A DNA stretch of 64,000 nucleotides from Dokdonella sp. (lineage in GTDB: Bacteria; Pseudomonadota; Gammaproteobacteria; Xanthomonadales; Rhodanobacteraceae). Both the position numbers and the translations under genes were made by a program. The notes beneath the pieces were generated by a model that made no database searches, had not been told where the DNA came from, and saw only the letters and a program-made list of their open reading frames with translations. Shown piece after piece: positions 39,955 through 49,800 of the stretch. Location: assembly GCF_023228465.1 (NCBI RefSeq), contig NZ_JALOBC010000006.1. One strand, given 5' to 3'. Position 1 is the first letter of the stretch. Every line of letters begins with the position of its first letter.

Positions 39955-41268
39955 ATGAAACCGACGCTGATCGCTGCGCTTGCCTTCGCCTTTTCCGTCA
40001 CCCTGGCCAACGTGGCGCCAGTGCAGGCGGCACCGCCCGCGGCCGATGCGGCCGCCACGGCTGCGCCGGCACCTGCCGCCCTGCCAACCCCGCAGGCCGT
40101 GCCGAAGCCCGCCCTGCCGGTGCCGGGCGCCGGCAGTGGCCCGACCCCGCCGCCGCCCTCGATCGACGCCAGGAGCTGGGTGCTGATGGATTACGCCAGC
40201 GGCCAGATCCTGGCCGGGGAAAACGCCGATTTGCGCGTCGCGCCGGCCTCGATCACCAAGGTGATGACGTCGTATGTCGTTTCCGCGGAACTCGCCCATG
40301 GCAAGATCCACCTCACCGACCCGGTCAACATCAGTGAGCACGCCTGGCGCGCCGGCGGCGCCGGCACGGATGGCTCGACCAGCTTCCTGCAGCTGAACAG
40401 CAAGGTGCCGCTCAAGGACCTGCTGTACGGCATGATCATCCAGTCCGGCAACGATGCCGCGATCGCCCTGGCCGAACACGTGGCGGGCTCTGAAGGCACC
40501 TTCGCCGACCTCATGAACCAGTACGCCGCGCGCCTGGGCCTGACCGGCACGCACTACGTCGATGCCAGCGGCCTGCCCAATCCCGACCACTACACCACGG
40601 CACGCGACGTGGCAGTGCTGTCGCGCGCGCTGATCCACGACTTTCCCGAGGACTACAAGATCTACGCCCTCAAGGAGTTCGAGTGGAACGGGATCAAGCA
40701 GCACAACCGCAATACGCTGCTGTGGCGCGACGACACGGTGGACGGCATCAAGACCGGCCACACCTCCGAGGCCGGCTATTGCCTGGCCACTTCGGCGCGG
40801 CGCGGCGACCAGCGCCTGATCGCGGTGGTGATGGGTGCCGGCAGCGAGAAGCAGCGCGCCAATGACAACCAGGCCCTGCTCAACTATGGCTTCCGCTTCT
40901 TCGAGTCACGCAAGCTGTACGCTGCCGCAACGCCGCTGGCCACTCCGGAACTCTGGAAGGGCGCGGTCGACACGCTGCCGCTTGGCGTCGCGGAGGACGT
41001 GGTGGTGACCTTCCCGCGTGGCCGCTATGACGACCTCAAGGCCAGCCTGGCGATGCCGGCGCGGCTGGTCGCGCCGGTGACCAAGGGCGAGGAAGTGGGC
41101 GCCTTGAAAGTCACCCTGGGAGACAAGACCTTGCTGGAACGACCGCTGATCGCACTCGCCGAAGGCGCCGAGGGCAGCTTCTTCAAGCGCCTCGCCGACG
41201 GCGCCTGGATGTGGTTCAAGGGCGACGCCGGGCCGGATGTCTCGGCAAGCGCGCCGGCCAGCCAGTGA
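39955..41268 (+). CDS. dacC: D-alanyl-D-alanine carboxypeptidase (PBP5/6 class)
   Basis: ATG 39955 gives the signal peptide MKPTLIAALAFAFSVTLANVAPVQA. Motifs are SITK (SxxK), SGN and KTGHT. Confidence 0.92.
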   Translation: MKPTLIAALAFAFSVTLANVAPVQAAPPAADAAATAAPAPAALPTPQAVPKPALPVPGAGSGPTPPPPSIDARSWVLMDYASGQILAGENADLRVAPASITKVMTSYVVSAELAHGKIHLTDPVNISEHAWRAGGAGTDGSTSFLQLNSKVPLKDLLYGMIIQSGNDAAIALAEHVAGSEGTFADLMNQYAARLGLTGTHYVDASGLPNPDHYTTARDVAVLSRALIHDFPEDYKIYALKEFEWNGIKQHNRNTLLWRDDTVDGIKTGHTSEAGYCLATSARRGDQRLIAVVMGAGSEKQRANDNQALLNYGFRFFESRKLYAAATPLATPELWKGAVDTLPLGVAEDVVVTFPRGRYDDLKASLAMPARLVAPVTKGEEVGALKVTLGDKTLLERPLIALAEGAEGSFFKRLADGAWMWFKGDAGPDVSASAPASQ

Positions 41269-41299
41269 GATCGGCGCGCAACCTGGAGCACGCGACGAC

Positions 41300-41590
41300 A
41301 TGAAGAACCTGGGCGACATCGCGCCGCAGAATCCGGAACAGGGCTTCCAGTTTCCGGGCGTATTCGAGATCACCGCCATGGGCAGCTCGCAGGCGAAGCT
41401 CGACGAGGAACTCAAGCGCATCATCGAGGCAGCGGGGCTGTCCGTGCTTGCCGAAGCGGTGCAGGTGCGTCCCTCCCGCCAGGGCAACTACGTGTCCGTG
41501 ACGGCCAGCTTCATGTGCCCGAGCCGCGAGAAGTACGACGAGATCCACGCCGCGCTGCGCGCCCACCCGGAGGTGCGCTGGACCCTCTGA
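41300..41590 (+). CDS. ybeD: YbeD-family (DUF493) protein
   Basis: ..FQFPGVFEITAMGS.. About 96 aa. It occupies the conserved position between dac and lipB. Confidence 0.85.
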   Translation: MKNLGDIAPQNPEQGFQFPGVFEITAMGSSQAKLDEELKRIIEAAGLSVLAEAVQVRPSRQGNYVSVTASFMCPSREKYDEIHAALRAHPEVRWTL

Positions 41591-41804
41591 GCACCTGGTG
41601 ACCGGGGCCTTCGCCAAGGAAAGGGGCATGCCTGCCTGCCCGGGAACTGGAGTGCGCATGCGGTGCATCTCCGCCACGTGACGGTCGGCGCATGGCAGGC
41701 GCCTTGCGCGCCGCGACGCTGGACGGGAAAACCGGTAGGATGGCGGGTCCCCAGCCGACCTCGCGGCGCGCCGCGAAGCCAGGCGTCAACCTCATTTGCG
41801 GCCC

Positions 41805-42491
41805 ATGTCCCTTCCCCTCATCGTTCGCCAGCTCGGCCGCCAGCCCTATGAACCGGTCTGGCATGCGATGCAGGCCTTCACCGACCGGCGCACGACGCAC
41901 ACGCCCGACGAACTGTGGCTGCTCGAGCACGACCCGGTGTTCACCCTCGGCCAGGCCGGCAAGTGGGAACATGTGCTGATGCCGGGCGACATTCCGGTGG
42001 TGCCCGTGGATCGCGGCGGTCAGGTGACCTACCACGGCCCCGGCCAGATCGTGGCCTATCCGCTGTTCGACCTGCGCCGCATGAAACTGGGCGTGCGCGA
42101 GCTGGTCTGGCGCATCGAGCAGGCGGTGATCGATACGTTGGCCGAGTGGAACATCATTGCCAGCCGCCGCGCCGGAGCGCCGGGCGTGTATGTCGGCGAG
42201 GCCAAGATTGCCGCGCTCGGCCTGCGCGTGCGGCGCGGCTGCACCTTGCATGGCCTGGCCTTCAACGTGGCCATGGATCTGGAGCCCTTCCAGCGCATCA
42301 ATCCGTGCGGATTCAGGGGCATGGCGGTGACGCAGATGCTGGATCTGGGCGGGCCCGGGTCGCTGTCCGCCGTGACCGCGAGCCTGGTCGATGAGCTGGC
42401 CCGCCAGTTTGCGCTGGCGCCGCAGGTTGCCGACGCAAGCCTGCCGCGTGCGCTGCCCGACGCTGCCGCGCGCGTCGTGCACGCGCCATGA
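41805..42491 (+). CDS. lipB: octanoyltransferase (lipoyl(octanoyl) transferase)
   Basis: ..[74 protein letters not shown]. Confidence 0.92.
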   Translation: MSLPLIVRQLGRQPYEPVWHAMQAFTDRRTTHTPDELWLLEHDPVFTLGQAGKWEHVLMPGDIPVVPVDRGGQVTYHGPGQIVAYPLFDLRRMKLGVRELVWRIEQAVIDTLAEWNIIASRRAGAPGVYVGEAKIAALGLRVRRGCTLHGLAFNVAMDLEPFQRINPCGFRGMAVTQMLDLGGPGSLSAVTASLVDELARQFALAPQVADASLPRALPDAAARVVHAP

Positions 42492-42807
42492 ACTGCGCTG
42501 CGGCGGTGCCCGCCGGGCGACCAGGGCTGCGTGCGCGGCGTGCCAGGTGCCACGAGCGATCCCGGGCGCGCGCCGCTGGCGGATCGCCTGCTGCGCGCCG
42601 CGACACGCCGCATGCAACGAATGACCCGTTTGCGTTGTCCAAGCCATGCGCTTCGATCGCATCCTGCCTTCGACCGTCCCGACCGGTACGCTATCGGTGG
42701 ATGGGCGCCACGCTCGCGCGTGCGCGAGCGGGCTGGCGCGCATGCGTACCGCCTGTCAGCATCACGGCCAGCGTGCCACCCCACTGAATTCCCGGAGAAG
42801 TTTCCCG

Positions 42808-45042
42808 ATGCGCAAGTTGCTGCCCACCCTGCTGCTGGTCGCCCTGGCCGTCCCGGCATTCGCCAAGCCGGTCGCCGAGCAGGCGGCGCCGCTCCTGAAG
42901 CCGACGCCCTCGCAGGCCGAAGCAGCCATCTGGGCGACGCGCTTCCTGACGCGCTTCCACTACAAGCCGACGCCGCTCAACGATGCGATGTCGGAAAAGA
43001 TCTTCAAGCGCTACCTCGATTCGCTGGACGGCGACAAGCTGTTCTTCACCGCCGCCGACATCCGGCAGTTCGAGCGCTACCGCGACAAGCTCGACGATGC
43101 GATCTACGAACAGGATCTCGCCGCGCCGTTCGCCATCTTCAACGTGTACGAGCAGCGCGTCGGCCAGCGCGTCGCGCACGCCCGTGCGCTGCTCGCCAAG
43201 GGCTTCGATTTCAGCACCGACGAGAGCTACGACTTCGATCGGGAAAAGGCCGCCTGGGCCCCCGATGCGGCCGCCCTGGATGATCTTTGGCGCAAGCGGG
43301 TGAAGAACGACTGGCTGCGCCTGCTGCTGGCCGGCAAGCAGGCCAAGGACATCCGCGAAACCCTGGACAAGCGTTACGCCAACTACCTGGATCGGGTGCG
43401 CCAGCTCAACAGCGAGGACGTGTTCCAGACCTTCATGAACGCCTACGCCTCCTCGATCGAGCCGCACACCAACTATCTTGGCCCGCGCGCCTCGGAAAAC
43501 TTCGACATTGCGATGAAGCTCTCGCTCGAGGGCATCGGCGCGGTGCTGCAGCGTGACGACGACTACACCGCCATCCGCGAGATCGTGCCCGGCGGGCCGG
43601 CCGCATTGTCGGGCAAGCTCAAGGTGGGTGACCGCATCGTCGGTGTGGGCCAGGGCGAGAAGGGGCAGATCATCGACGTGGTGGGCTGGCGCCTGGACGA
43701 TGTCGTGGCCAAGATCCGCGGACCCAAGGACACCACCGTGCGCCTGGAAATCCAGCCCGCCGATGAAGGTCCGGACGGCAAGCACTACGTCCTCGACCTG
43801 GTGCGCAAGAAGGTCAGCATCGAGGAGCAGGCCGCCAAGAAGTCCATCATCGACATCAAGGACGAGGGCAAGACACGCCACATCGGGGTGATCTCGCTGC
43901 CCACCTTCTACCAGGACTTCGAAGCGCGCCGGCGCGGCGATCCGGACTACAAGAGTGCCACCCGCGATGTCGAGAAGCTGCTCGGCGAGCTCAAGAGCGA
44001 TGGCGTGGACGGGGTCCTCGTGGATCTGCGCAACAACGGCGGCGGTTCGCTCGCCGAGGCCACCGATCTTTCCGGGCTGTTCATCGGCAAGGGTCCGGTG
44101 GTCCAGGTGCGCAATGCCAGCGGCCGCGTCGAGGAAGAGCAGGCGACCAGGGCGGCGGTCTGGAACGGCCCGCTCGGCGTGCTGGTCAACCGCGCGTCGG
44201 CCTCCGCTTCGGAGATCTTCGCCGCGGCCGTGCAGGACTATGGCCGCGGGCTGATCATCGGCGAGCCGACCTTCGGCAAGGGCACGGTGCAGAACCTGAT
44301 CGACCTCGATGAGGTGGCGCACAGCGAGAAGCCGGAATTCGGCGAGGTCAAGATGACCATCGCCCAGTTCTTCCGCATCGATGGCGGTTCGACCCAGCTG
44401 CGCGGCGTCGTGCCCGACATCAGCTTCCCGCTGACCGTGGACGCCAAGGATTTTGGTGAATCGAGCTATGACAATGCCTTGCCCTGGACCTCCATCGCGC
44501 CTGCCGAATACAAGCCGGTGGCGAACCTCAAGCCCATCATCCCCACCCTGATCGAACGCCACGACGCGCGCGTGAAGGACAACGTGGCCTGGCAGGTGTT
44601 CGAAGATGATCTGGCCGACATGCGCAAGCTGCGCAGCGAGAAGACCGTTTCGCTGAACGAGACCGTGCGCCGCGAGGAACGCGCGGCGCAGGAAGCCCGG
44701 CGCAAGGCGCGCGAGGAACGCCTGGCCGCTGCCGACGCGGCCAGCGGTGAGGCTGCGGGCGACGCGGCGCAGGCCCCGGCAGGCGACACCGCGCAGCCTG
44801 CCGGCGCAGCGCAGCCACCGGTCAGCAGCATCAACCTGCCGGTCGACGACGGGCTGCAGCCCGACGAGCGCAGCATTGCCAGCGACCTCAAGCGCGAGAA
44901 GAACGCCAAGGAGCGCCGCGATGTGGTGCTCGATGAAGCCGCGCACATCCTTGCCGACGAGATTGCCCTGGTGCAGGCGGATGCGAAGCTGGCCGCGCAG
45001 GTGCTGCCGCGCGCAGTGCTGGGGCCGGCGACGGCGGAGTGA
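42808..45042 (+). CDS. prc: carboxy-terminal processing (tail-specific) protease, S41 family
   Basis: ATG 42808 gives the signal MRKLLPTLLLVALAVPAFA. There is a PDZ domain (..GDRIVGVGQG..) and an S41 core (..DLRNNGGGSL..ASASEIFAAA..GEPTFGKGTVQ). Confidence 0.92.
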   Translation: MRKLLPTLLLVALAVPAFAKPVAEQAAPLLKPTPSQAEAAIWATRFLTRFHYKPTPLNDAMSEKIFKRYLDSLDGDKLFFTAADIRQFERYRDKLDDAIYEQDLAAPFAIFNVYEQRVGQRVAHARALLAKGFDFSTDESYDFDREKAAWAPDAAALDDLWRKRVKNDWLRLLLAGKQAKDIRETLDKRYANYLDRVRQLNSEDVFQTFMNAYASSIEPHTNYLGPRASENFDIAMKLSLEGIGAVLQRDDDYTAIREIVPGGPAALSGKLKVGDRIVGVGQGEKGQIIDVVGWRLDDVVAKIRGPKDTTVRLEIQPADEGPDGKHYVLDLVRKKVSIEEQAAKKSIIDIKDEGKTRHIGVISLPTFYQDFEARRRGDPDYKSATRDVEKLLGELKSDGVDGVLVDLRNNGGGSLAEATDLSGLFIGKGPVVQVRNASGRVEEEQATRAAVWNGPLGVLVNRASASASEIFAAAVQDYGRGLIIGEPTFGKGTVQNLIDLDEVAHSEKPEFGEVKMTIAQFFRIDGGSTQLRGVVPDISFPLTVDAKDFGESSYDNALPWTSIAPAEYKPVANLKPIIPTLIERHDARVKDNVAWQVFEDDLADMRKLRSEKTVSLNETVRREERAAQEARRKAREERLAAADAASGEAAGDAAQAPAGDTAQPAGAAQPPVSSINLPVDDGLQPDERSIASDLKREKNAKERRDVVLDEAAHILADEIALVQADAKLAAQVLPRAVLGPATAE

Positions 45043-45084
45043 GATGCGCACGCCCGGCCTTGCCGGCCGGCCGCGCGCGTGCGC

Positions 45085-46311
45085 TCAAGCGTCGAAGCCG
45101 TTGACGAAGATGGTGTCGTCGCCCGGTTCGACCTGGACCTCGAATGCCCCGATGTCGGTGGCGCCACCCACCGTGCGCGCATGGCCGATGCCGCGCTGGT
45201 CGAACTCCAGCTGCGCAGCGTTGTTGCCGGCGTCGATTGCCGGGCTGCCGACCTCCAGGGCATGGGTCGGCGTCGGCCCGCCATTGTCGGCCAGCGGCAG
45301 CAGCCGAGGATCGGTCGCGAGCGTGTCGGCCGGCAGCACGAGCGTGGAGTCGATGACCAGGTTGTTGGCGCCGCCGACGCCGAGTGGCGCGTAAGCGCCG
45401 ATATCGGCACCGTGGCCCGCGGGCGCCGTGTTGCCGGCGATGATGGCGCTTTGCAGGGTCATGGGCACGGCATAGCCGATGTACACGCCGCCGCCCGCGG
45501 CATCCGCCTGGTTGCCGGTGAGGGTGCTGTTGACGATGCTCAGGCGGGCGCCATCGGCGAGCGTGCCGTCCGCGTACAGGCCGCCGCCGATCGCGGTGGC
45601 GACATTTCCCGAGATCGTGCTGTTGCGCACGTGGATGGCGCCGCCGGCGGTGGCGCCACCGCCGGCAGCGGCGAAATTGCCGGTGAGCGTGCTGGCATCC
45701 AGGTCCAGATCGCCCAGCGCCAGCACACCGCCGCCCGCCGCTGCGGCGGCGCGGCAGTCGCGCACGGTGCTTTGCGTCAGCACCACGTTGCCGGTCGAGA
45801 AGATGCAGGCGCCGCCACCGGCATAGCTGCCATTGGCAAGTGTCAGGCGTTCGATCGCCAGGGTGCCGGCGCCGTAGTGTTCGAACAGGGCGCTGGCGCC
45901 CCCCGCATCGATGGTCAGGGTCGTACCGGGGCCGCGCAGGGTGAGGTCGTCCAGCGGCGTGTCGATCGCCCCGGCGGTGAGACTGATGGTGCTGCAGGTG
46001 AGCGCGGACAGATCGACCGTGTCGCCACTGGCGGCACCGGCGATGACGTTGCGCAGGGTACCCGGATCGGCGTCGTCGGCGCAGCTGGTCACGATCCGCG
46101 CGGCGCCTGCCGGCTGCGGCGCGGCGGCCAGGGTGGGCGCGCCCGCCAGGGCAAGGCCGCAGCCGGTCAGGGCCATCGCGAGGCTCGCCGTCAGTCGCTT
46201 GCGTTGCGGCTGTCGGGTGGCTGGAGCGTAGGCGGCGCGTTGCACGGCGGCATGCCTCGACTTGCAAGGGAAGCCCGGCAAGCTGCGACGGCCCGCCGGC
46301 TTTCCCGCCAA
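45085..46311 (-). CDS. secreted right-handed beta-helix protein (choice-of-anchor-Q-like)
   Basis: The N-terminal region has ..[21 protein letters not shown].. followed by Gly/Ala-rich beta-helix rungs (..GGGLYADG.., ..GGGVYIG.., ..[12 protein letters not shown]..). The tail is ..[11 protein letters not shown]. The start codon is uncertain; the signal-like segment is ..[27 protein letters not shown]. Confidence 0.65.
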   Translation of the reverse strand: MAGKPAGRRSLPGFPCKSRHAAVQRAAYAPATRQPQRKRLTASLAMALTGCGLALAGAPTLAAAPQPAGAARIVTSCADDADPGTLRNVIAGAASGDTVDLSALTCSTISLTAGAIDTPLDDLTLRGPGTTLTIDAGGASALFEHYGAGTLAIERLTLANGSYAGGGACIFSTGNVVLTQSTVRDCRAAAAAGGGVLALGDLDLDASTLTGNFAAAGGGATAGGAIHVRNSTISGNVATAIGGGLYADGTLADGARLSIVNSTLTGNQADAAGGGVYIGYAVPMTLQSAIIAGNTAPAGHGADIGAYAPLGVGGANNLVIDSTLVLPADTLATDPRLLPLADNGGPTPTHALEVGSPAIDAGNNAAQLEFDQRGIGHARTVGGATDIGAFEVQVEPGDDTIFVNGFDA

Positions 46312-46399
46312 GCCATGAGTCTACTGCGCCCGGGCAGGTCGCGTGCGCCGCGCTGCCGACGGTTTAGCTCCGGTTGGGGTCGCGACCCTGGCCGCGGCT

Positions 46400-47773
46400 T
46401 CAACCGTAACGCTGCTGGAGGAAGCGGAAGTACGCGCGCAGCCCCTGCGCCTCGCCACCGCGCGGTCGGCCGGGCTTGTCTGCATCGTTCCAGGCATAGA
46501 CATCCAGATGCGCCCAGGCCTGGTCTTGCGGCACGAAGCGTTCCAGATAGAGCGCCGCGGTGATGGCCCCGGCATGCCGCGACGGCCCGGCATTGGCCAG
46601 ATCGGCGACGTGCGATTCGAGCAGCGTCAGGTAGGGGCGCCACAGCGGCATGCGCCAGAGCGGGTCGCCGCTGGCCGCGGCGGCCGCGAGCAGTCCGTTG
46701 GCCAGGTCCTCGCGATTGGCGAACAGGGCCGGCAGGTCCGGACCCAGCGCCACGCGCGCGGCGCCGGTGAGGGTCGCGAAATCCAGGATCAGGTCGGGCT
46801 CGAGTTCGCCGGCGTAGGCCAGCGCGTCGCACAGGATCAGGCGCCCCTCGGCATCGGTGTTGTCCACCTCGATGCTGAGGCCGGCGCGGCTGCGGATGAC
46901 TTCGCCCGGACGCATGGCGTTGCCGGCGATGGCGTTCTCGACCGCCGGCACCAGCAAGGTCAGGCGCACGGGCAGCCGGGCGTCCAGGACCAGGCCGGCC
47001 AGCGCGATCGCGTGCGCCGCGCCGCCCATGTCCTTCTTCATCCAGCGCATGCCCTCGGCGCTCTTGATGTCCAGGCCGCCGGTGTCGAAGCACACGCCCT
47101 TGCCGACCAGCACCAGGTGCGGCGCATCGGCCGGGCCGGCTTCCAGCACCGCAAGGCGCGGCGCGCGATGGCTGGCACGGCCGACCGCGTGGATGGTGGG
47201 GAAGTTGGCGGCGAGCAGGTCCTCGCCCACCCATTCGCGATACTCGGCGGCGTGCCGCTCTGCCAGTGCGCGCACTGCGCCGGCGAGTTCGGCCGGGCCC
47301 ATGTCCTCGGTCGGCGTGTTGACCAGGTCGCGCACGCGGCAGGCGGCGTCGGCCAGTGGCGTGACGCGGGCGATGATGTCCGCGTCCACGACCAGCCGCG
47401 CCGCGGGGGCCGCGGGGGTGCGATAACGCGCAAAGCGGTAATTGCCCAGGGCCCAGCCCAGCGCGGCGTCCTCCGCGTCGAGCGCCAGTCCGCGCGGATC
47501 CAGGCGATAGTCGCCGGGCGGCAGGCGTCGCGGCAGCGTCGCCAGGGCGAAGGGCCCCTGCTGGGGGTCGCAGCCGGCCAGTACCGCGCTGATCCCGCCA
47601 GCTGCATCGGGCAGGGCGAGGAAGCTGCCGGCATCGGCCCGGAAGGCGTTGGCCTCGACCCAGCTGCGCGCGTTGCTGCCAAGGGCATCGAGGCTGGCGG
47701 CGAGCTGGTTGCGATCGACCGCGATCAGCGGCAGTGCATTGGTGGCCGCGGCCGCAGGGGTCCAGGCATGCAT
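46400..47773 (-). CDS. M17 leucyl-aminopeptidase-family protein
   Basis: ATG 47773 gives MHAWTPAAAAT... Motifs are ..VGKGVCFDTGGLDIK.., ..MKKDMGGAA.. and ..NTDAEGRLILCDAL... The 132-aa N-terminal extension in the track ORF overlaps the HAD gene and was rejected. Confidence 0.85.
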   Translation of the reverse strand: MHAWTPAAAATNALPLIAVDRNQLAASLDALGSNARSWVEANAFRADAGSFLALPDAAGGISAVLAGCDPQQGPFALATLPRRLPPGDYRLDPRGLALDAEDAALGWALGNYRFARYRTPAAPAARLVVDADIIARVTPLADAACRVRDLVNTPTEDMGPAELAGAVRALAERHAAEYREWVGEDLLAANFPTIHAVGRASHRAPRLAVLEAGPADAPHLVLVGKGVCFDTGGLDIKSAEGMRWMKKDMGGAAHAIALAGLVLDARLPVRLTLLVPAVENAIAGNAMRPGEVIRSRAGLSIEVDNTDAEGRLILCDALAYAGELEPDLILDFATLTGAARVALGPDLPALFANREDLANGLLAAAAASGDPLWRMPLWRPYLTLLESHVADLANAGPSRHAGAITAALYLERFVPQDQAWAHLDVYAWNDADKPGRPRGGEAQGLRAYFRFLQQRYG

Positions 47774-47822
47774 GGGTGTTCCTTTGGAAGGTCGGTTCTT
47801 GGTCGCAGACGGGGTGGCGGCT

Positions 47823-48560
47823 TCAATGCAGCGCGCGGCGCCGTGGCGCCGCCGTCGGCGGGCGGCCGTGTGCGGCGGCGCCGTCCAGCCAGCGCACCAG
47901 TCCGCTGAGGTCGGGAAATTCCAGGTCCGCCGCGACGGCGCCGGCCGGCGGTGCCGCTCCGGTTCGATTGATCCAGGCGCTACGCAGGCCGGCGCGGCGC
48001 GCGCCGGCCACGTCCAGTTCCGGATCGTCGCCCACGTGCAGCACGTTGGCCGGGGCGATGCCGAGCCGCGCGCAGGCTTCGTGGAAGATCGCCGCATCCG
48101 GCTTGGCGCGGCCGAATTCACGCGCCGAAATGCAGTGGGCGAAATGCTGCCGCAGGCCGATGCGGCCAAGATCGGCGTTGCCGTTGGACAGGCTGACCAG
48201 CGGCAGGCGCGCGCCGAGGGCCGCCAGCGCGGGCACCGCGTCGGCGTAGCAGGTCACCTGGTTGCGCGCCTGGAAATACACTGCGTAGGCCGCCTCGACC
48301 GGTGTCTCGTCCAGCCCGCAGCTGGCGAAGGCGTGGGCCAGAGTCAGGCGCCGCTGGGCGCTGAAATCGTGGGCAAGCTGCGGATGGCGGCGCGCGATGT
48401 CCTCGCGCAGCTCGCGCATGGCCGCAATCGGCCAGCGCTGCGCAACCGCGGCGTGGTGGCGGCGCAGCCACGCATCCAGTGCCGCCTCGGCAGCGTCGAT
48501 GGCGGGCGCAACCGGCCACAGCGTGTCATCGAGATCGAGTGAGACCGCAAGGACCTGCAT
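47823..48560 (-). CDS. HAD-superfamily hydrolase
   Basis: ATG 48560 gives MQVLAVSLDLDDTLW (DxDxT motif). Also ..LVSLSNGN.. and ..HVGDDPELDV... Confidence 0.85.
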   Translation of the reverse strand: MQVLAVSLDLDDTLWPVAPAIDAAEAALDAWLRRHHAAVAQRWPIAAMRELREDIARRHPQLAHDFSAQRRLTLAHAFASCGLDETPVEAAYAVYFQARNQVTCYADAVPALAALGARLPLVSLSNGNADLGRIGLRQHFAHCISAREFGRAKPDAAIFHEACARLGIAPANVLHVGDDPELDVAGARRAGLRSAWINRTGAAPPAGAVAADLEFPDLSGLVRWLDGAAAHGRPPTAAPRRRALH

Positions 48561-48579
48561 CGCCGCTGCGCGTATCGCC

Positions 48580-49728
48580 TCAGTTGCCGCCGGCCGCCCC
48601 TGCGCCGGCAGCTGCGCCGACCGCCGGGGTCGCACGCGGCGTTGCTGCCGGGCTCGGCGCGGCCTTGGGCAGCGCGGCACCGGTTGCCGCTGCCGGCACG
48701 GGCGCCGCGGGACTGGCCACGGCCGGGCTGGCCGGCACCGGCGCGCCGGCGGCCTCCGCCGGCTGGGCCGCCGCGGCCGCGGTGGCCTGTGCCGCCTGCG
48801 CGCTGGCGGCGGCGAGTGCCGCCGTACGCTCGCCGCGCAGGCGCTCGTCGATGAACGTCAGCCGCGCGGCGTCGTTGGCGGCCACGTCGGCCACGTCCGA
48901 CCAGGGCACGAGCTGGTGGCGGCGCAGGATGTCCTTGACGCCCGGGCTGTCCGCAAAGTCGCGGAAGCGGTCGATGACGTCCTGGTGGAAGTCGTCGGCG
49001 CGCTCGACCAGATAGAGGGTGATGAACAGTGGATAGCTGCCGTCGGCAACCGTCGCCGGCGAGGGGGTGACGCCTTCCACGTCGATCATGCGCACGCCGG
49101 CATTGGCGTGCACGCCGCCCAGGGTGGACAGGCCCAGGCCCGCCGGATCGATGGTGATGGCCTGCTCCAGCGCGCCGGTGTTGAGGTACAGGCGCGGCGC
49201 GGCGACGCGCTTGCCGCCGTTCTTGAACACCAGCTGGCGCAGGCTGTACTCGATGCCGTCGAGCGGGGCGGCAATGGCATACAGGTTGATCGGCCGATCC
49301 GCGCCGCCGAGTTCCTTCCAGTTGGTGATGCGGCCGAAATAGATCTCGTAGAGCTGGTACATCGTCAGGTTGGCGACCGGGTTGCCCGGGTGGGTGATCA
49401 TCACCGCCGCGTCCAGGGCTGCGGGAATGAACTCGAGGTTGGCTTCCTCCGGCCGGTCGGGATCCTTGCCGCGCGCACTGCCGGCGAGATCCGCCTTGCC
49501 CTGGGCGACTGCATCCAGCCCGGAGATGGTGCTGAAGGGTTGCAACTCGATGGTGCCGCGCTTCTGCTTGGCGTACTCGGCTGCGATCTCGCGCATGATG
49601 GTGCGGCCGGTGGCCTGGTCGCCGCGCCACACCAGGTGATCCTGGACGGCGGACGCCGGCGGCGCGATGAACGTGCCGGCAAGGAGGGCGAGCGCCGCCA
49701 CGGCGGCGTTGCGGAGCGACAGCGACAT
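48580..49728 (-). CDS. PstS-like (PBP-like 2) periplasmic substrate-binding protein with Ala/Pro-rich tail
   Basis: ATG 49728 gives the signal MSLSLRNAAVAALALLAGTFIAPPASA. The sequence includes ..FSTISGLDAVAQGKADLAGSAR..LTMYQLYEIYFGRITNWKELGG... There is an approximately 90-aa low-complexity A/P tail. No pstCAB genes are nearby. Confidence 0.72.
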   Translation of the reverse strand: MSLSLRNAAVAALALLAGTFIAPPASAVQDHLVWRGDQATGRTIMREIAAEYAKQKRGTIELQPFSTISGLDAVAQGKADLAGSARGKDPDRPEEANLEFIPAALDAAVMITHPGNPVANLTMYQLYEIYFGRITNWKELGGADRPINLYAIAAPLDGIEYSLRQLVFKNGGKRVAAPRLYLNTGALEQAITIDPAGLGLSTLGGVHANAGVRMIDVEGVTPSPATVADGSYPLFITLYLVERADDFHQDVIDRFRDFADSPGVKDILRRHQLVPWSDVADVAANDAARLTFIDERLRGERTAALAAASAQAAQATAAAAAQPAEAAGAPVPASPAVASPAAPVPAAATGAALPKAAPSPAATPRATPAVGAAAGAGAAGGN

Positions 49729-49800
49729 GATGGTGGACCTGGCAGCAAGGGATGGGCAGTGATGGCACTCTACCACGCGGCGCTACGCCCGGCCCGTGCG

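Noticed and set aside
42492-42807. lipA is missing after lipB, which raises the question of a hidden or decayed lipA in the 316-nt gap.
   Set aside because: The gap is far too short for lipA (about 1 kb) and shows no radical-SAM CxxxCxxC coding signal. lipA is presumably elsewhere. This is only a synteny difference.
46400-48169. 589-aa ORF suggesting an M17 peptidase with a long N-terminal extension.
   Set aside because: The extension overlaps the HAD hydrolase gene in another frame and is Arg/Ala/Pro-rich junk. The M17 homology, together with an RBS, begins at ATG 47773.
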